A stretch of 64,000 bases of DNA, from assembly GCA_050273025.1 (NCBI GenBank), contig CP158635.1:7192001-7256000 (forward strand), given 5' to 3'. A program made the translations under genes and the position numbers. Of this stretch, positions 27,101 to 39,848 are shown piece by piece (within the stretch, counting starts at the first letter, position 1; every line of letters starts with the position of its first letter). Under the pieces are notes generated by a model. The model was not told where the DNA came from and made no database searches. It was given only the letters and a program-made list of their open reading frames with translations. This DNA is from Cenococcum geophilum (lineage: Eukaryota).

Positions 27101-30100
27101 CACTTAAAGTAGGGGAAAGTCTTTACCCTTTAGGCGCTGGCGGAGACCGTGCTTAGCGCTAGTCAGCACTAAGGCCTTAATATTCTTTATAAAGGACTTC
27201 TAGGCAGCAGTAACGCAAGCATTATGTTATAGACGTTTTAAGTACAATGTTACGACTACTTGGAGAGGAGTCGGAAGAAGCTAGTTAGTTAATTTAAGCA
27301 CGGTCTAGGATGGAGCCGATAGAACTATATGACGAGGAATGATAGCCAAGGTTATATAATGTGCTACGTGTTAAACGAAAGGAATGGGAGGAACTTACGT
27401 ACCTTATATATAAGACATATATTACGTATAAGAAGGATTTTATAGAAGTACAGTTATATATTTAAGGACCCTTAGTCCCTACCTAGATAGTTCCTTCCTT
27501 ATAGTAATTCTTAGAATATAATTAGAGTTAATCTATTAGGCAACCACTCTACTAGTTATTATTTCGTTGTTAACTTCTATACTTATATTACCTATATACC
27601 TAGCCTAATAATAGGACCCATCGTAGTTCTTGCTATAAGGTTCCGTTATATAATTACTACCTAATTACGGTATTAAATATAGAAAGTTAAATAATATGCC
27701 ACTAAAAGCAGCTACTATAACGCTATTAACGGCGGCAACTACTTTAAGGTTAGGTAACAACACTAGTATAGCAAACACTAACTTATAGTAACCTATAACG
27801 GTTAAACAGCTATAAGAGATAGTTAACTAGCTAACAGAAAATAATATAATGTTAAAAAACAGGCTTAATGGGATTAGAGCGGTAAAGATTAAATTACTAT
27901 TAATTAAAAGGTACTTAGGCGAAAAATCTAAGCTTAAGGGATTTCTTATATAAATATATTTTAAGGTTATATAGGAAGGGGCAAAACTACTAACACTTAT
28001 AGATTGAATAGCCTACGCAGGACTATTTCTATTAGGAAGAGCACTTAAATAGTTTAAGCCTTACCTTATAGAGATATAGGCAAACGGAATAACAACCACC
28101 AATTAGGAGGTGTAATTTATATTCTTAAGTTAGGAAGGGTTCGCAGAGCGACTTACGTAAGTGTTTAAAGACCTAGAGGCAGCAACTATAGCGGAAAGAA
28201 AACTCCAGAATATTATGTAATAAACCTTAGCAATTAAGTACATAATATAGTTTTAGATGTTAATAATATAAGTTAAGTAGAATAATAAGGCGCTTATAGC
28301 ATAGTATAAATAAGGACTTAAGGCTAAAGTCTAGAACGCGATTATCCTAATAGAAGATGTGGAAACCCTACAGGAACTAATAGATTAAGCGATTAAGATT
28401 AATAATTAGATCTATTAAAGGGAATAGGCTAAGAGAGGTTAGGATAAAGTTCTATAGTTATATAAGGCGTAGAGTACGTAATAACTAAAACTAAGTTAAA
28501 AACTATAGTATGGCGTAAAGCTAATAGACCTAAGCGGTACTAAAGAATCTAGAAAATGGAGTAAGAAATTATAGAAACCTAAAGGATAAGGATTAAGTAA
28601 TTAGAGGTCTAAGAAGCAAAGGCTAAATTAGAGATCTTAGTAGCAGAAGATATTTAGGCGGACTCTATAACAAGAAAAATAGTTTAGAGAGGGAGCTTAT
28701 ATAAATTACGGAAAATAAGGTCACTTTGTAAGGGATTATAAAGATAGTTAGAAGTACTATGCAATGAAGGGAACTAGACTAATAGTAGACAATATATATG
28801 TATAGAGGGATAATAATGTGCTATAAGGAACAAAAGAGTGTTTAATTAAAAGTTTTGCGTTTTGTTATAATAACGTATACTAAATTTATAAGGACGCTAA
28901 GTATAATGTAAGCTATTAGCTATAGAAGCTATACTTGGCGGAGTATAAAGGGACTAATAAACTAGTTTATAGATCGGATATTAAGGATAATGACTTTAAT
29001 ATAGGCGAAATATTTTATAATAATAAGGTAATAAAGGCGGCTTACTAAAAGCATATAGACCTTAGAGATGTTATATAAGAGATAGAGAATAATTCTACTA
29101 AAGAATAGGGAACATTAGTAGGGATTAAGACCCCATTAGATACGATGTCTATCGCTTTACAAGACGTAAGAGAAGTAGGATAGTAAACCACTTTAGTACT
29201 TAATAAAGGCAAAAGGCTACAGGCTTAAGATTCTTAAGATAAGATAAGAGACGACTAAGATTCTTAAGACGAGATAAGATAAGCTTAAGGACCTATAACG
29301 GACAATAACCGATGGAGTAGAGTAATGGCTTAGTTTAGTAATATATAAATAAGCTTAGGACGAAGTTTTCTAAAGGCATAAGATAAGTAAGATAAGATAA
29401 GTAAGATTTAAGACTTTTAAGATAAGATAAGAACACTAAGTAAGCCTAGTTAGACTAAGGCTAAAGTAAAGCTTAAGTTAGAAGTAAGCTTAGGATTAAA
29501 AAATCTAAGGGATTAAGAATTCGGAGTACGAATAAAGATACCTATAAGTAAAAAATAAGGGATTAGAGAATCCGCGATATAAATAGTAATTAGACTAGGA
29601 GATAAATATATAGACCTAGAGGATTTACTAGGGGAATATAGTGTTTAGCCTAAAGATCGAAAAGTTAATACTAAGATTAAGAAGTAGGAAAACTTTAAGA
29701 ATCTATCTATAAGACGTAAACTAAAAGAAACTATAGAAGAGTTTAGGTAAAGAATTATCGTATAGCAAGAATAGAAACTAGATAAGAGATCTAGCACGTT
29801 AGGACGTATAAAGGATAGAGCACTAGTACAAAGAATTACTAATAGGCCTAGGGTAGGTATACTAAGAGCTAAGTGGCTTACTAAACTAGAAAATAAAGAG
29901 GATCTAGGGATCCCTACTAGGTTTAAAGAACGACATATAAAGGGCTATTATAACGTAGTAATAAGAAGATACTTCCTTATGGATAAGCCGTATATACTCT
30001 AACAGCTGTATTAAAAGTGGTATAGATAGAGACATAACGATAAGTGGGAAGATTTCTATATATAGTTAGATAAAAGAGTTATTTAAGACCACCTAATTAT

Positions 30101-30373
30101 AGAAAAGGCTATAACTTATATTAAAGGAGCCTTAATTATAATATTAAAGGATCTAGAGGAACGATTAGAGGACTAGAGAAGCAAAAGGCGTATTTTAGTA
30201 CCTGCGAATAAAGTTATAACGTTTAGATTAGTATAGCAGAGGTTTAAACTTAAGGATAAAGATAAGTTAAGAGTTAACCTAAAGCACCTAGTATACTATA
30301 CGCTATTATAAATTATATGCGTAGACGATATATATAAGATATATAAGAATCTAAAGGAAAAGAATTGGAAATA

Positions 30374-31980
30374 AACCTGTAAAAAAGACAATAAAACCAA
30401 CGACTACTACGGATAGTATGCATAATATACCTCTCTCTTCCCTTTCTCCGGAGGAACATCTATGCGAGGCTTTAAGAAGCCTAATCCAGGCCTATAGAGG
30501 GCTAGAAGGAGAAGAGTAAGAAGAACAAGTTGGACAGCTAGTAGACTATACACAAAATATCCTAATAGGAAAAAACCCCTTTGCAAAAGAAGAAGAAGAA
30601 GAAGAGGCAAAAGAGGTCCTAGAAGGACTAGTAGAAGAAGTAAGAGCTCTCTGTAAGGAGGTAGCTTCTACCAAAAATACTTACGCAGAGAGACTGAAGA
30701 AGGACCTCCCTTCTTCTTCGTCCTCCCTACCCTCCTCATTATCACCACCACTACCTTCTGCCCCTTCTCCTTCTAGTAGGGGTTCTACTTCTACTAGAAG
30801 TAAGAAAAAGCAGCTATAAGAAAGGAAGCTAGTCTTAATTATAGACGAAAAGGACTAACCTCTAGATACCTTCTCTACACGAAATAAAGTCAATTAACTA
30901 TTTGCATCAAAACTGCAAGTAAAAAAGCCAGTTTTAGCGTCTATAGCTAGAACTAAAGGAAAACAAAATATTCTCCTTACGACTACAGAAGAGTATAATG
31001 CAGATTTCCTAGTTAAATATAAGGAGATCTTACATAACTGCTTTACCTTTTAAAGAGAACAAAAACTAGAACCATGGGTTCAAATTATAGCCCATAGGGT
31101 TCCTACCTTACCTTTCTTAGGAGAAGGAGGCTCTAAGCTTCTAAAAGAAGAAATTGAGACTTTTAATCCTATAAGGATACAAGGACTACCTAGATGGATC
31201 TCATCTAGTGTAAAAAGACACGATCTATAGACCAGATTTGGCTCTATAGTTTTTACTATAGAGAACGAAGAAAAAAGACAAGAAATCCTTAAGCAAAAAG
31301 AGATATTAATTGCAGGTACAGCTACTAAGGTAGTAAAATACCTCGAAGTCTCTCCTACTACGCAGTGTAATAGCTGCTAAAAATTTGGCCATATAGGAGA
31401 CAGATGCTCTACTAGGGCCTGTAGATATTGTGCGGCTGCATATCTATCTAAAGACCACTGCTGTCCTACTTGCTTAATAAGCGGCAGGCCTTGCAAGCAT
31501 ACCACCCCTCTTTGCATTAATTGTAAAGAAAAACACTTTGCTAATAGTAGAGACTGTGAGAATCTTAGAGCAGCTAAACTAGTACATAGTACTAGCGTAG
31601 AAGACTCTATGGAAGAATAAAATTAATAGGAGTCTAGAAGGAGGTAACTCCTACTAGGCTCTTAGGTTAAAAGATAGTAGAGAGTAAAAGGATAGAAATA
31701 AATTGCAAAAGGACAGGGATAAGGGTTAGGATTTCTTATAGTTTTTCTTACCATTTTCTCATTCCCTAGTAGTTATAGTATCTTAGTATTTTTACTAGGA
31801 AACTATAAACTCCTAATTTAGGAGTTTATAAACTACTAGGACATAGCTACTAGTACATATTAAGCTGCCTAGAAAGGATTTATGTATATAGAACTATAGC
31901 GCCATAGCCCAGAGGCTGTATGCGCAGTATTGTACGTAGTATAATACAACGGATATTAAAAAAATAAAAAAATAAAAAAA
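30374..31980 (+). mobile_element. ORF1-only non-LTR element with A-rich tail, nested in C
   Basis: TSD of at least 13 bp (agaattggaaata at 30361-30373 and 31981-31993). A-rich tail at ~31959-31980. Single gag-like ORF and no ORF2. Confidence 0.88.
30418..31620 (+). pseudogene. LINE ORF1 (gag-like) with three zinc knuckles; a few RIP stops
   Basis: 401-codon frame. C-terminal CNSC(Q)KFGH.GDRC, CRYCAAA(H)LSKDHC and CINCKEKHFANSRDC. Confidence 0.85.
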
Positions 31981-34900
31981 AGAATTGGAAATACCCTATA
32001 AGGATATATTGGGCGCTAGATAAGTAATAGTATAGAAATGCTAAGTATATATATAGCTAGCATCTAGCAGAAATTTAAGAGTTAGGAGACTTAATACTTT
32101 AACTAGAAAGATTTCTTACGGAAGAATACTTAGATAGATAATAGTAGTGGGAATGCCTAAAGAATACGTATCTATAGTATATTAAGGACAAAAAGCGAAC
32201 TAGGTATTGGCTAAAGAACGAGCTAAGTATATAGAGATTAAGTAGCTAATAGTTAGGAAAAGTAGAGGCCTATGGGATTAAAGGGAGCTAGTGGTAGAGC
32301 CTTAGACCCTTAAAGGAATTTAAGAATAATACCTAAATTTATAAGTTAAGTAGTAAGATTAACGGTTTAAAGCGCTAATAAATAGTAGAGTAACGCGAAA
32401 CCATATCTTACTAATAGCAGTTAAAAGGATAGGATTACCTTATAGGCAGAAGGAGCAATCTTACCTATTAGTTACGATTTTAGGAGATCTAATAGCCTAT
32501 AGAGGAGGGATTATTAATCTTAAAATAGGACCTATTTAGATAACCATTAAAGGAAGATAAATTAAGACATCTTTTAATATCCTACTATTAGGACGGGATA
32601 AGGCAGTACTAGGGATATCTTAGTTATAGAAATACAATCTAAGGATCGAATAGATTATAGGTTAGGTTAATATTAGAGATACTTAACGCCGTAGAATGTA
32701 ATAGTAAACTAAGTTAGTATAGTACTAAGTTGGAGCAATATATAAAGAGACTAAGTAAGGCTTAAGTTATATACTAAAGAGATACTATAAGTATAGTAAA
32801 AAACTATAGTTATCGGAAAGTAAGAAGCTGTTAAATTATACAGCATAGGACTATAAGATAGAATTAAAACTGGGAATAAGTCTAAAGTTCTTTCCAATCT
32901 ATAAGCTTACTAAAGAAGAGGATAGAGTATTAAAAGAGTTTATCTAAGAAAACTTATAAAAGGGATATATTAGACCATCGCAGTTATTAGCGGGTTATCT
33001 AGTACTATTTGTACTAAAGAAGAATAGTAAGCTAAGGCTATATATTGACTATAGATAGTTAAACAGCATTACTAGAAAGGATAGGTATTCTTTACCCTTA
33101 ATTAGCGAGATCTAAGATAGGATAGGTAATGCGCAAATCTTTATAAAGATAGATTTAAGATAGGTATACCATTAGATTAGAATTAAGGAAGGCGACAAAT
33201 GGAAGGCAGCCTTTAAATTAAAGGAAGGACTATATAAACTATTAGTTATATAATTCGGGCTTATAAACGCACTAGTAACGTTCTAGAAGCGTATTAATAA
33301 TATATTAGGAGAATACTTAGATGAATTTATTATAGTATACTTTAACGATATTATTATCTACTTAATAACTAAGGAAAAACATGGGGAATACATTAAATAG
33401 GTCTTAAAGAGACTATAAGAAAAACAAATGCTAGTAGCAATTAAGAAATGCGAGTTCTTTATAAGGAAGACCGATTTTATTGGATTTATTATTAAACTAG
33501 GCCAACTTAGTATAGATCTAAAGAAGATTAAGGCTATAGTAAATTGGTAAGAACTAGAGAACGTTACGTAGTTAAGATTATTTTTAGGGGTTTGTAATTA
33601 CTGTAAAAGGTTTATAGCGTAATGGTTAAAAGATATTAAGCCATTTACGCGGTTAATAAAGAAAGAAGAACTATAGGTATAAGGAAAAGAGCAATAGGAG
33701 TTATTTAAAAAAGTTAGAGAATTATTTACCCAGGAGCCAGTTCTTAAAATCTATTAACTAAGACTAGAAATGGTTGTAGAAATAAATGCATTAGATTATA
33801 TACTAGGGGCGTGCTTTATATAAAAACACCAAGATAGATAGCACCTAGTGGCATACTATAGTTAAAAGATAACACTACTAGAGTTAAACTATAACATCTA
33901 TAATAAGGAGTTGTTAGGTATAGTTATAGCATTAAAAAAATAGAAAGCATTTTTGTAAGGTACAGAGAAGCCATTTATAGTTAAGATAAATTATAAGAAC
34001 CTAATAGGATTTTTAACGACGAAGGAACTTAACCAAAGATAGGTTAAATGGGTAGAGATACTTATAGAATACTATTTCGAAATTTAGTATACTAAGGGTA
34101 TAGATAATACGTAAGCAGACGCTCTAAGTTGGAAGGCTAAACTATAAAATAATAAAAAGCTATTAGGGGCTTTACTGCGAAAAGATATAGACGGACTAAT
34201 TAGATATAATTATCTAAAAATTATAGTAACTTAAGAAGAACTAGATAGAGTTTATAAGATACTAGAGAGCTTTTAGGTATAAAGAATTCTAAAAGCATAA
34301 CTAGAAGATCTATAGATGGATATATACAAAAATCAAGAAGTAAAGTATATCCTAAGAAGCATAGTAGAGTAATTCGTAGAAGAGTTTTATAAGGGATTAA
34401 CTTAAGGACACAATGGAGCTACGGGCTTAGTATTAAGACTTTAAGAAGAATATATTATTAATAGAATCTGGAATATTATAAGAAAAGTTATAAAGAAGTG
34501 TTTAGATTGCTAAAGAAATAAACTAATAAGGTATAAGCTATATAGAGGGCTACAACCTATTAAAACACTAGAAAGACTATAAGAGGTTATATTATAGGAC
34601 TTTATTATTAAGTTACTAAAGTTAAAAGATCCTATTACCAGATAAGATTATAACGTAATCTTAGTAATAGTGGACAAGCTTATAAAGTGGGGATACTTTA
34701 TAGCATGTATAGAAGAAATATTAGTAGAAGATATTGCTAGAATCTATGTTAAAGAAGTATTTATAAGGCACGGAGCACTAAGTAAAATTATATTAGATAG
34801 AGATCTAAGATTCATAGCAGCATTTTAGGAAGTATTCTTAGCAGAATAAGGAGTTTAAGCAGTAACTTTTACCGCATATTATTTATAGATAAACGGTTAA

Positions 34901-37309
34901 ACGGAAAGATTAAATTAGACGCTAGAGCAGTATCTAAGGCATTATATTAATCATATATAGAACAATTAGGTATTACTATTACCAGTTATATAGTTTGCAT
35001 ACAATATAACACCTTAAGAAGGAATAGGTATATTACTATTTAAAGCAAATTACGGATATAAGCTAAGAATATTATTATTACTACGGCAAGCAAAGAAAAT
35101 AAGTAGTATAGCGAAAGAAAGAATAAAGACGTTAATAAATCTTTATATAGACCTTATAGAATTAGTAAAGAAAGTATAAAAGAGAATAAAAAGGTACTAT
35201 AATGCTAAGAGATCTAAGGGACTAGATCTTAAAGAGGGAGATAAAGTATAGCTACTATATAAAAATTTTAAGAGTTAACGACTAAGCAAGAAGTTAGACT
35301 ATGTTAGGCTAGGACCTTTTAAAATTATATAAAGAATTTTACTAGTTATATTTAAGTTAAACCTACTAGCTAAAATAAGAATCTACCCTATATAGCATAT
35401 TATAATGCTAGAGCTAGTATACGGGAATATTAAGCTACTGGTTTATAAAGCAGACATGTATAAAGGATAGGAAGAAGACAAATAGTAAGTTTTAAAGATC
35501 GTTAGTTATAAGGACGTTGATAATAAAATATAGTATAAAGTAAGGTAGATAGGCTATAATGAGACTACCTAGGAACTACTGGAAAATTTAAAGAATGCTA
35601 TAAGAAAGGTATAGGAGTATTGGAAGAGATTAGGTTAGGCAGTATTAATAAAAAAGGATCGCTAAAGAATAAGTTACCTAAGGGGGACCTAAGAAGAGTA
35701 GTTGCCGAACTACTTAGATCTATTTCCTTCCCTATTAGAAGAGAATCCGTTCTTTTATTACTAAGTTCCTATAAACCTTATTCTATAAGTTTCTACTTCT
35801 TAAAATAAACCTTTTTATAAACCTTCTTAAGACGAAGCAACTAAGTAGACGCCGTAATGCGAGTATTTAGGGCCTTTTGTTCCGCATTATAAGAACGTTC
35901 TAATTTAGTAAGGGCTTAAGACAGTTTACTATCTAGCCGCGCAGTAGTAGATTAAATATAAGACCCTAAGACAAATTAATTAGGGAACTAGATGACTATT
36001 AAAAGTAATAGGTCGCGTATATTTAGTATTAGAGGTAGAGCGAACGTTATAGGACGAATAAATATTTGCTTTAGTGCACTCTAAGTAAAAGGACAGTTAT
36101 TGCGAAGATAGGTTTGCTAACGCAATATAAACTAACCCCTCTTTTAAATAGTAAGAATACGGAGATAGTATAATCTTACTAAAAGATAATATTGCAGCAA
36201 TAGTGCGAGCACGACGTTAGGCGTGTAAAGAAGAAATTACTTTAGGTATAATAAGTAACGATATTAACTAAATTAATTAGACGGACATTATACCTCTAGT
36301 AAACGACTTAGAGATATTTTAAATCTTTAAGGACGAAGATAAAGAGGAGGGAGATAGTGTTACGGACGCTTTAAGTACAATATTATAACTATTTAGAGAG
36401 AAGTCGGAAGAAGCTAGTTAGTTAATTTAAGTACGGTTTAGAATAGAGCTAATAGAACTATATAACGAGGAATAATAGCTAAGGTTATATATTATACTAC
36501 GTGTTAAACGAGAGAAATGGGAGGAACTTACGTACCTTACGTATAAGACGTATATTACGTATAAGAAGGATTTTATAGGAGTACGGTTGTGTATTTAAGG
36601 ACCCTTAGTCCCTACCTAGATAGTTCCTTCCTTATAGTAATTCTTAGAATATAATTAGAGTTAATCTATTGGGCAACTACTCCACTAGTTATTATTTCGT
36701 TGTTAACTTCTATACTTGCATTACCTATATACCTAGCCTAATAATAGGACCCATTGTAGTTCTTACTATAAGGTTCCGTTACACATTAAGGTTAGCCGTA
36801 TCCCCGCTAGTAACCCGCTAGCGCTTAGCCCTATTAATAAGGATAAGTAGCTTATTTAGGCGGCTATAGAAGGCCTTAGGGACCTAGTCTATTAGCCATT
36901 AAAACCTAAACTAACGCACTTAGACTTACTAGTTGATATAACTTATTTAGTTATTAGTAGTACCCGTAATTGTAGTTAGCCTACTTGCCGTAGGTGGCCT
37001 GCCTAGTAGTGGCTATACGTTTAGCGTAGCGGAGGTAAATTAGTTTAAGTAAGGCTAGGGAAGCACCTTGCGAACGACAAGGAAGCTTTAACGGCGTTTA
37101 GTAGGGTTAGTGACAGCTATAAGCTAGTATAAAGAATACTTATGGAAGGTTTACTAGTAGGTAGACCGACAGCTTAGCGCTTGCGATTTATAGTTAATTA
37201 GAAATCGTAAAGAAGGCAAGTTATAGGCTAAATAAATTAAAATGGAATTGGAAGGGAAATCTAATGTTCTACCTAGGTAGGAACTTCTACCTTTATAGAT
37301 CTCTATAAG

Positions 37310-37410
37310 GTCCTATTATTATATTATCCTATTATTATATTGTCCTATTATTATATTGTCCTATTATTATATTGTCCTATTATTATATTGTCCTATTATT
37401 ACATTATCTA
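37310..37410. repeat. 16-bp tandem repeat (cctattattatattgt)n in the 3' region of E
   Basis: About 6 visible copies. Confidence 0.9.
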
Positions 37411-37747
37411 ATTTACTTAAATTTATTAAAAACTTTTTATTTAGAGAAGGGCAATAATAGCACTCCTATTGTATAATAGCGTCGGCTAAGGACAGCCGTT
37501 TAAGAAGGGGGGGGTAATTGTTAGGCTATAGAGACGCACTGGCCGTAACCGGCTTAGCGTAGGCGAGGCGCAGGCGAGGCGCCTACAAAACGTAGTTGCC
37601 CCGCATTAGAGAACAGTAGAATTTAGTTCTATAGTTCTACTTTATTAAGAACCAGATACCTATTGCATTCCGCTACTATTGTTACGTTATTACATGCCCT
37701 AAGGACCTTGGCGTCCTAACAATAATGACCTTTAACTATAGCCTTAC

Positions 37748-38890
37748 TATTTAAGCCTTATGAAGTTTTTGTAACGTATGCCTTTCCTACACTCCTAATA
37801 TGTTAGTTCTATAGAAAAATGGATAGTTTGGTGGGATAGCACCCTTTCTTATAGTACCCAAGCTCTCTTATTAAGAGGCCCTTTATCTATATCTTTATTA
37901 TAGTTATATATATTATTATAGATATAAACCTCTTTACGGGAGCTACTTTAGATCTAAAAATACTAAGGACTTAAGTTCTGCTTAAGGAAGCTATCTCTCC
38001 AATTAGGCGCCGAACTTATGGTAATAGTATAGTAGGTAGAGGTAAAGACCTCTTCTATATACCCAGCTTCCCTTTTCTAATCCTCCTTATTTCCTTAAAT
38101 TATATAAAGAGAATTAATCTAAAGGTACCCTTTACTAAGTTCTTAAGTCACTTAAACCGCATCTTAAAATGTCTTTAGTAGATTATTATAGCTAAATCCC
38201 TCCTTTACTCAATTATAGTAGTTTTCTAAAGTAGTGCAGAACAGCTTCTTCTTCTTATCCGTTGGGTTATCCTAGTAGTGCGAGAGTATAATATAGTCCT
38301 CTCTACTACCTTGCTCCTAAAGTTTTAATTTATTAGGATTTAGGCCTCTAATAAATATAACCCTTATTAGCCAGTATTGCCCTTACCGGTTACATTTGTA
38401 ACTTTAATTACACTTTTAAAGCCATTTATATAGTAACTAGAAGTGTAGAGTACTACTAGTAGGGGAGTAATTAATTGTTTGTAAAATAGGTCTAGTTTTA
38501 GCATTATTACTGCTGTCTATTAAAGGTTCTTTTATTAATATAAAGTAGTAAGTGATATTTATATTACTAAAGGAGGGGGTAGACAAACCTAGATCTATAA
38601 TAAGGCGAAGGATACGTGGACCGCCTTTAGTAATTTTTAGCGCCGAACTATTCCTAACTATAATAGTAAAGGACTATATTATAGAGAAGCTTATAAAGAG
38701 TATAATTATTTGCTAGATTATATAATTTAGAGGTATTAACAGAGCCGTTAGAAGAGAGTAGCTAAGTGTAGTCTAAATATAATTAAGCCGAGACGGGATT
38801 CCTAGAGGGTATATTCTAGGGCTATTTGCTAAAAAATTCTATAGTAAAGTTACCGTTAATATAATAGGTCTAAGATGCCTAAGTAAAGAC
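37748..38890 (-). pseudogene. HET-domain-encoding exons (38890-38589 and 38528-37748) of the RIPed HET gene
   Basis: De-RIPed LLREWL..CD..H.C...WPTRVI, DYVALSHCW, LPKTFQDAV.VT.ELG..YLWIDSLCIIQ, W..EA..ME.VF..AYCTIA, GPLNKRAWVLQERVLS, YWEC. Intron 38588-38529 and donor gtaagg at 37747. One frameshift near 38660. Confidence 0.92.
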
Positions 38891-38935
38891 CTAAGTTAAT
38901 ATAATACCTAATAAAACTAAAATATTAAAATATAG

Positions 38936-39533
38936 ACTTACTTCCTATATCAATAAATATACTATAGTTAGTAGTTATCCCATCTAATCTATCTTAAAGA
39001 GGTTAACTTATATTCTATACTACCAAATATACTATAGTTAGTAGTTATCCTATCCTATCCATTTTAAAGAGGTTAAATTACTTCCTATACTACTAAATAC
39101 ACTACAGTTAGCAGTTATTCTATCTTATCTATTTTAAAGAGGTTAACTTACTTCCTATACCACTAAATATACTATAGTTAGCAGTTATCCTATCTAATCT
39201 ATCTTAAAGAGGTTAACTTTTATTCTATACTACCAAATATACTATAGTTAGTAGTTATCCTATCTTATTTATCTTAAAGAGGTTAACTTATAAGCTATAC
39301 CACCAAATATACTATAGTTAGTAGCTATCCTATCTTATCTATCTTAAAGAGGTTAACTTATTTCCTATACTACTAAGCATACTATAGTTAGCAGTTATCC
39401 TATCTTATCCATCTTAAAGAGGTTAACTTATATCTTATGCCACTAAACGCACTATAGTTAGCAGTTATCCTATCTTATCTATCTTAAAGAGGTTATTTTA
39501 TATACTATACTACTAAATATACTATAGTTAGCA
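38936..39533 (-). repeat. 70-bp tandem array (~8.5 periods); each unit carries splice-donor, branch and acceptor motifs on the minus strand
   Basis: Exact 70-bp period (ggtta at 39001, 39071 ... 39491). Minus-strand unit reads gtaagt...gctaac-tatag/tgtag followed by 20 nt. Confidence 0.93.
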
Positions 39534-39848
39534 AATACTATTCTTTCCTAAATAGTATTATCTACCTCCTAAATTTTAAAATTACTATTAAAGGATTAGC
39601 CTTATAAGGCCAAATTATATATATATATACTACGTCTCTATTAGATTAATATATTTTACTTTTCCGTTTAAGCCTTACTATAAAATTATAGTAAATCCAC
39701 GCCATTTTAAAGATTTGGTGTTAATTACACTATAGGATAACTTCGCGGTTAGGGATAGTTTAGATTTATAATATAGGGTAAGGCTTAACTAAAAGTAACG
39801 CTACTAGAACTTAATATTGTGTTACCCCCTAAGTAAGATACCCCTAGG

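Larger units (their letters stand above)
27225..36783 (+). mobile_element. Ty3/gypsy family A copy 2 (element C)
   Basis: ~426-bp LTRs at 27225-27650 and 36358-36783. TSD catta at 27220-27224 and 36784-36788. gag ATG at 27696. pol is colinear with the reverse complement of A. Confidence 0.95.
26800..37100 (-). pseudogene. Antisense spliced six-Cys ORF of element E, split by insertion of element C (parts ~37100-36789 and 27224-~26800)
   Basis: De-RIPed PICLRCAKR(..)C(x7)CGYC(x6)CQP, then intron 36929-36884 (gtaagt, gctaat, tag). The next exon is in frame and reads through the TSD of C. An acidic-looking tract lies at ~26860-26960. Confidence 0.65.
21320..37721 (+). mobile_element. Ty3/gypsy chromovirus E (RIPed gag-pol ~21700-26730) inserted in the HET intron
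   Basis: 203-bp LTRs at 21320-21522 and 37519-37721. TSD ataat at 21315-21319 and 37722-37726. PPT ~37503-37514. Zinc knuckle ~22706, protease LDTGA ~22933, RT VYLDDI ~23922, integrase ~25400-26100, chromodomain ~26550-26700. Confidence 0.95.

Noticed and set aside
38936..39533. CRISPR-like array
   Set aside because: There are no unique spacers (units are near-identical apart from a few bases), no cas genes, and the context is eukaryotic RIPed DNA.
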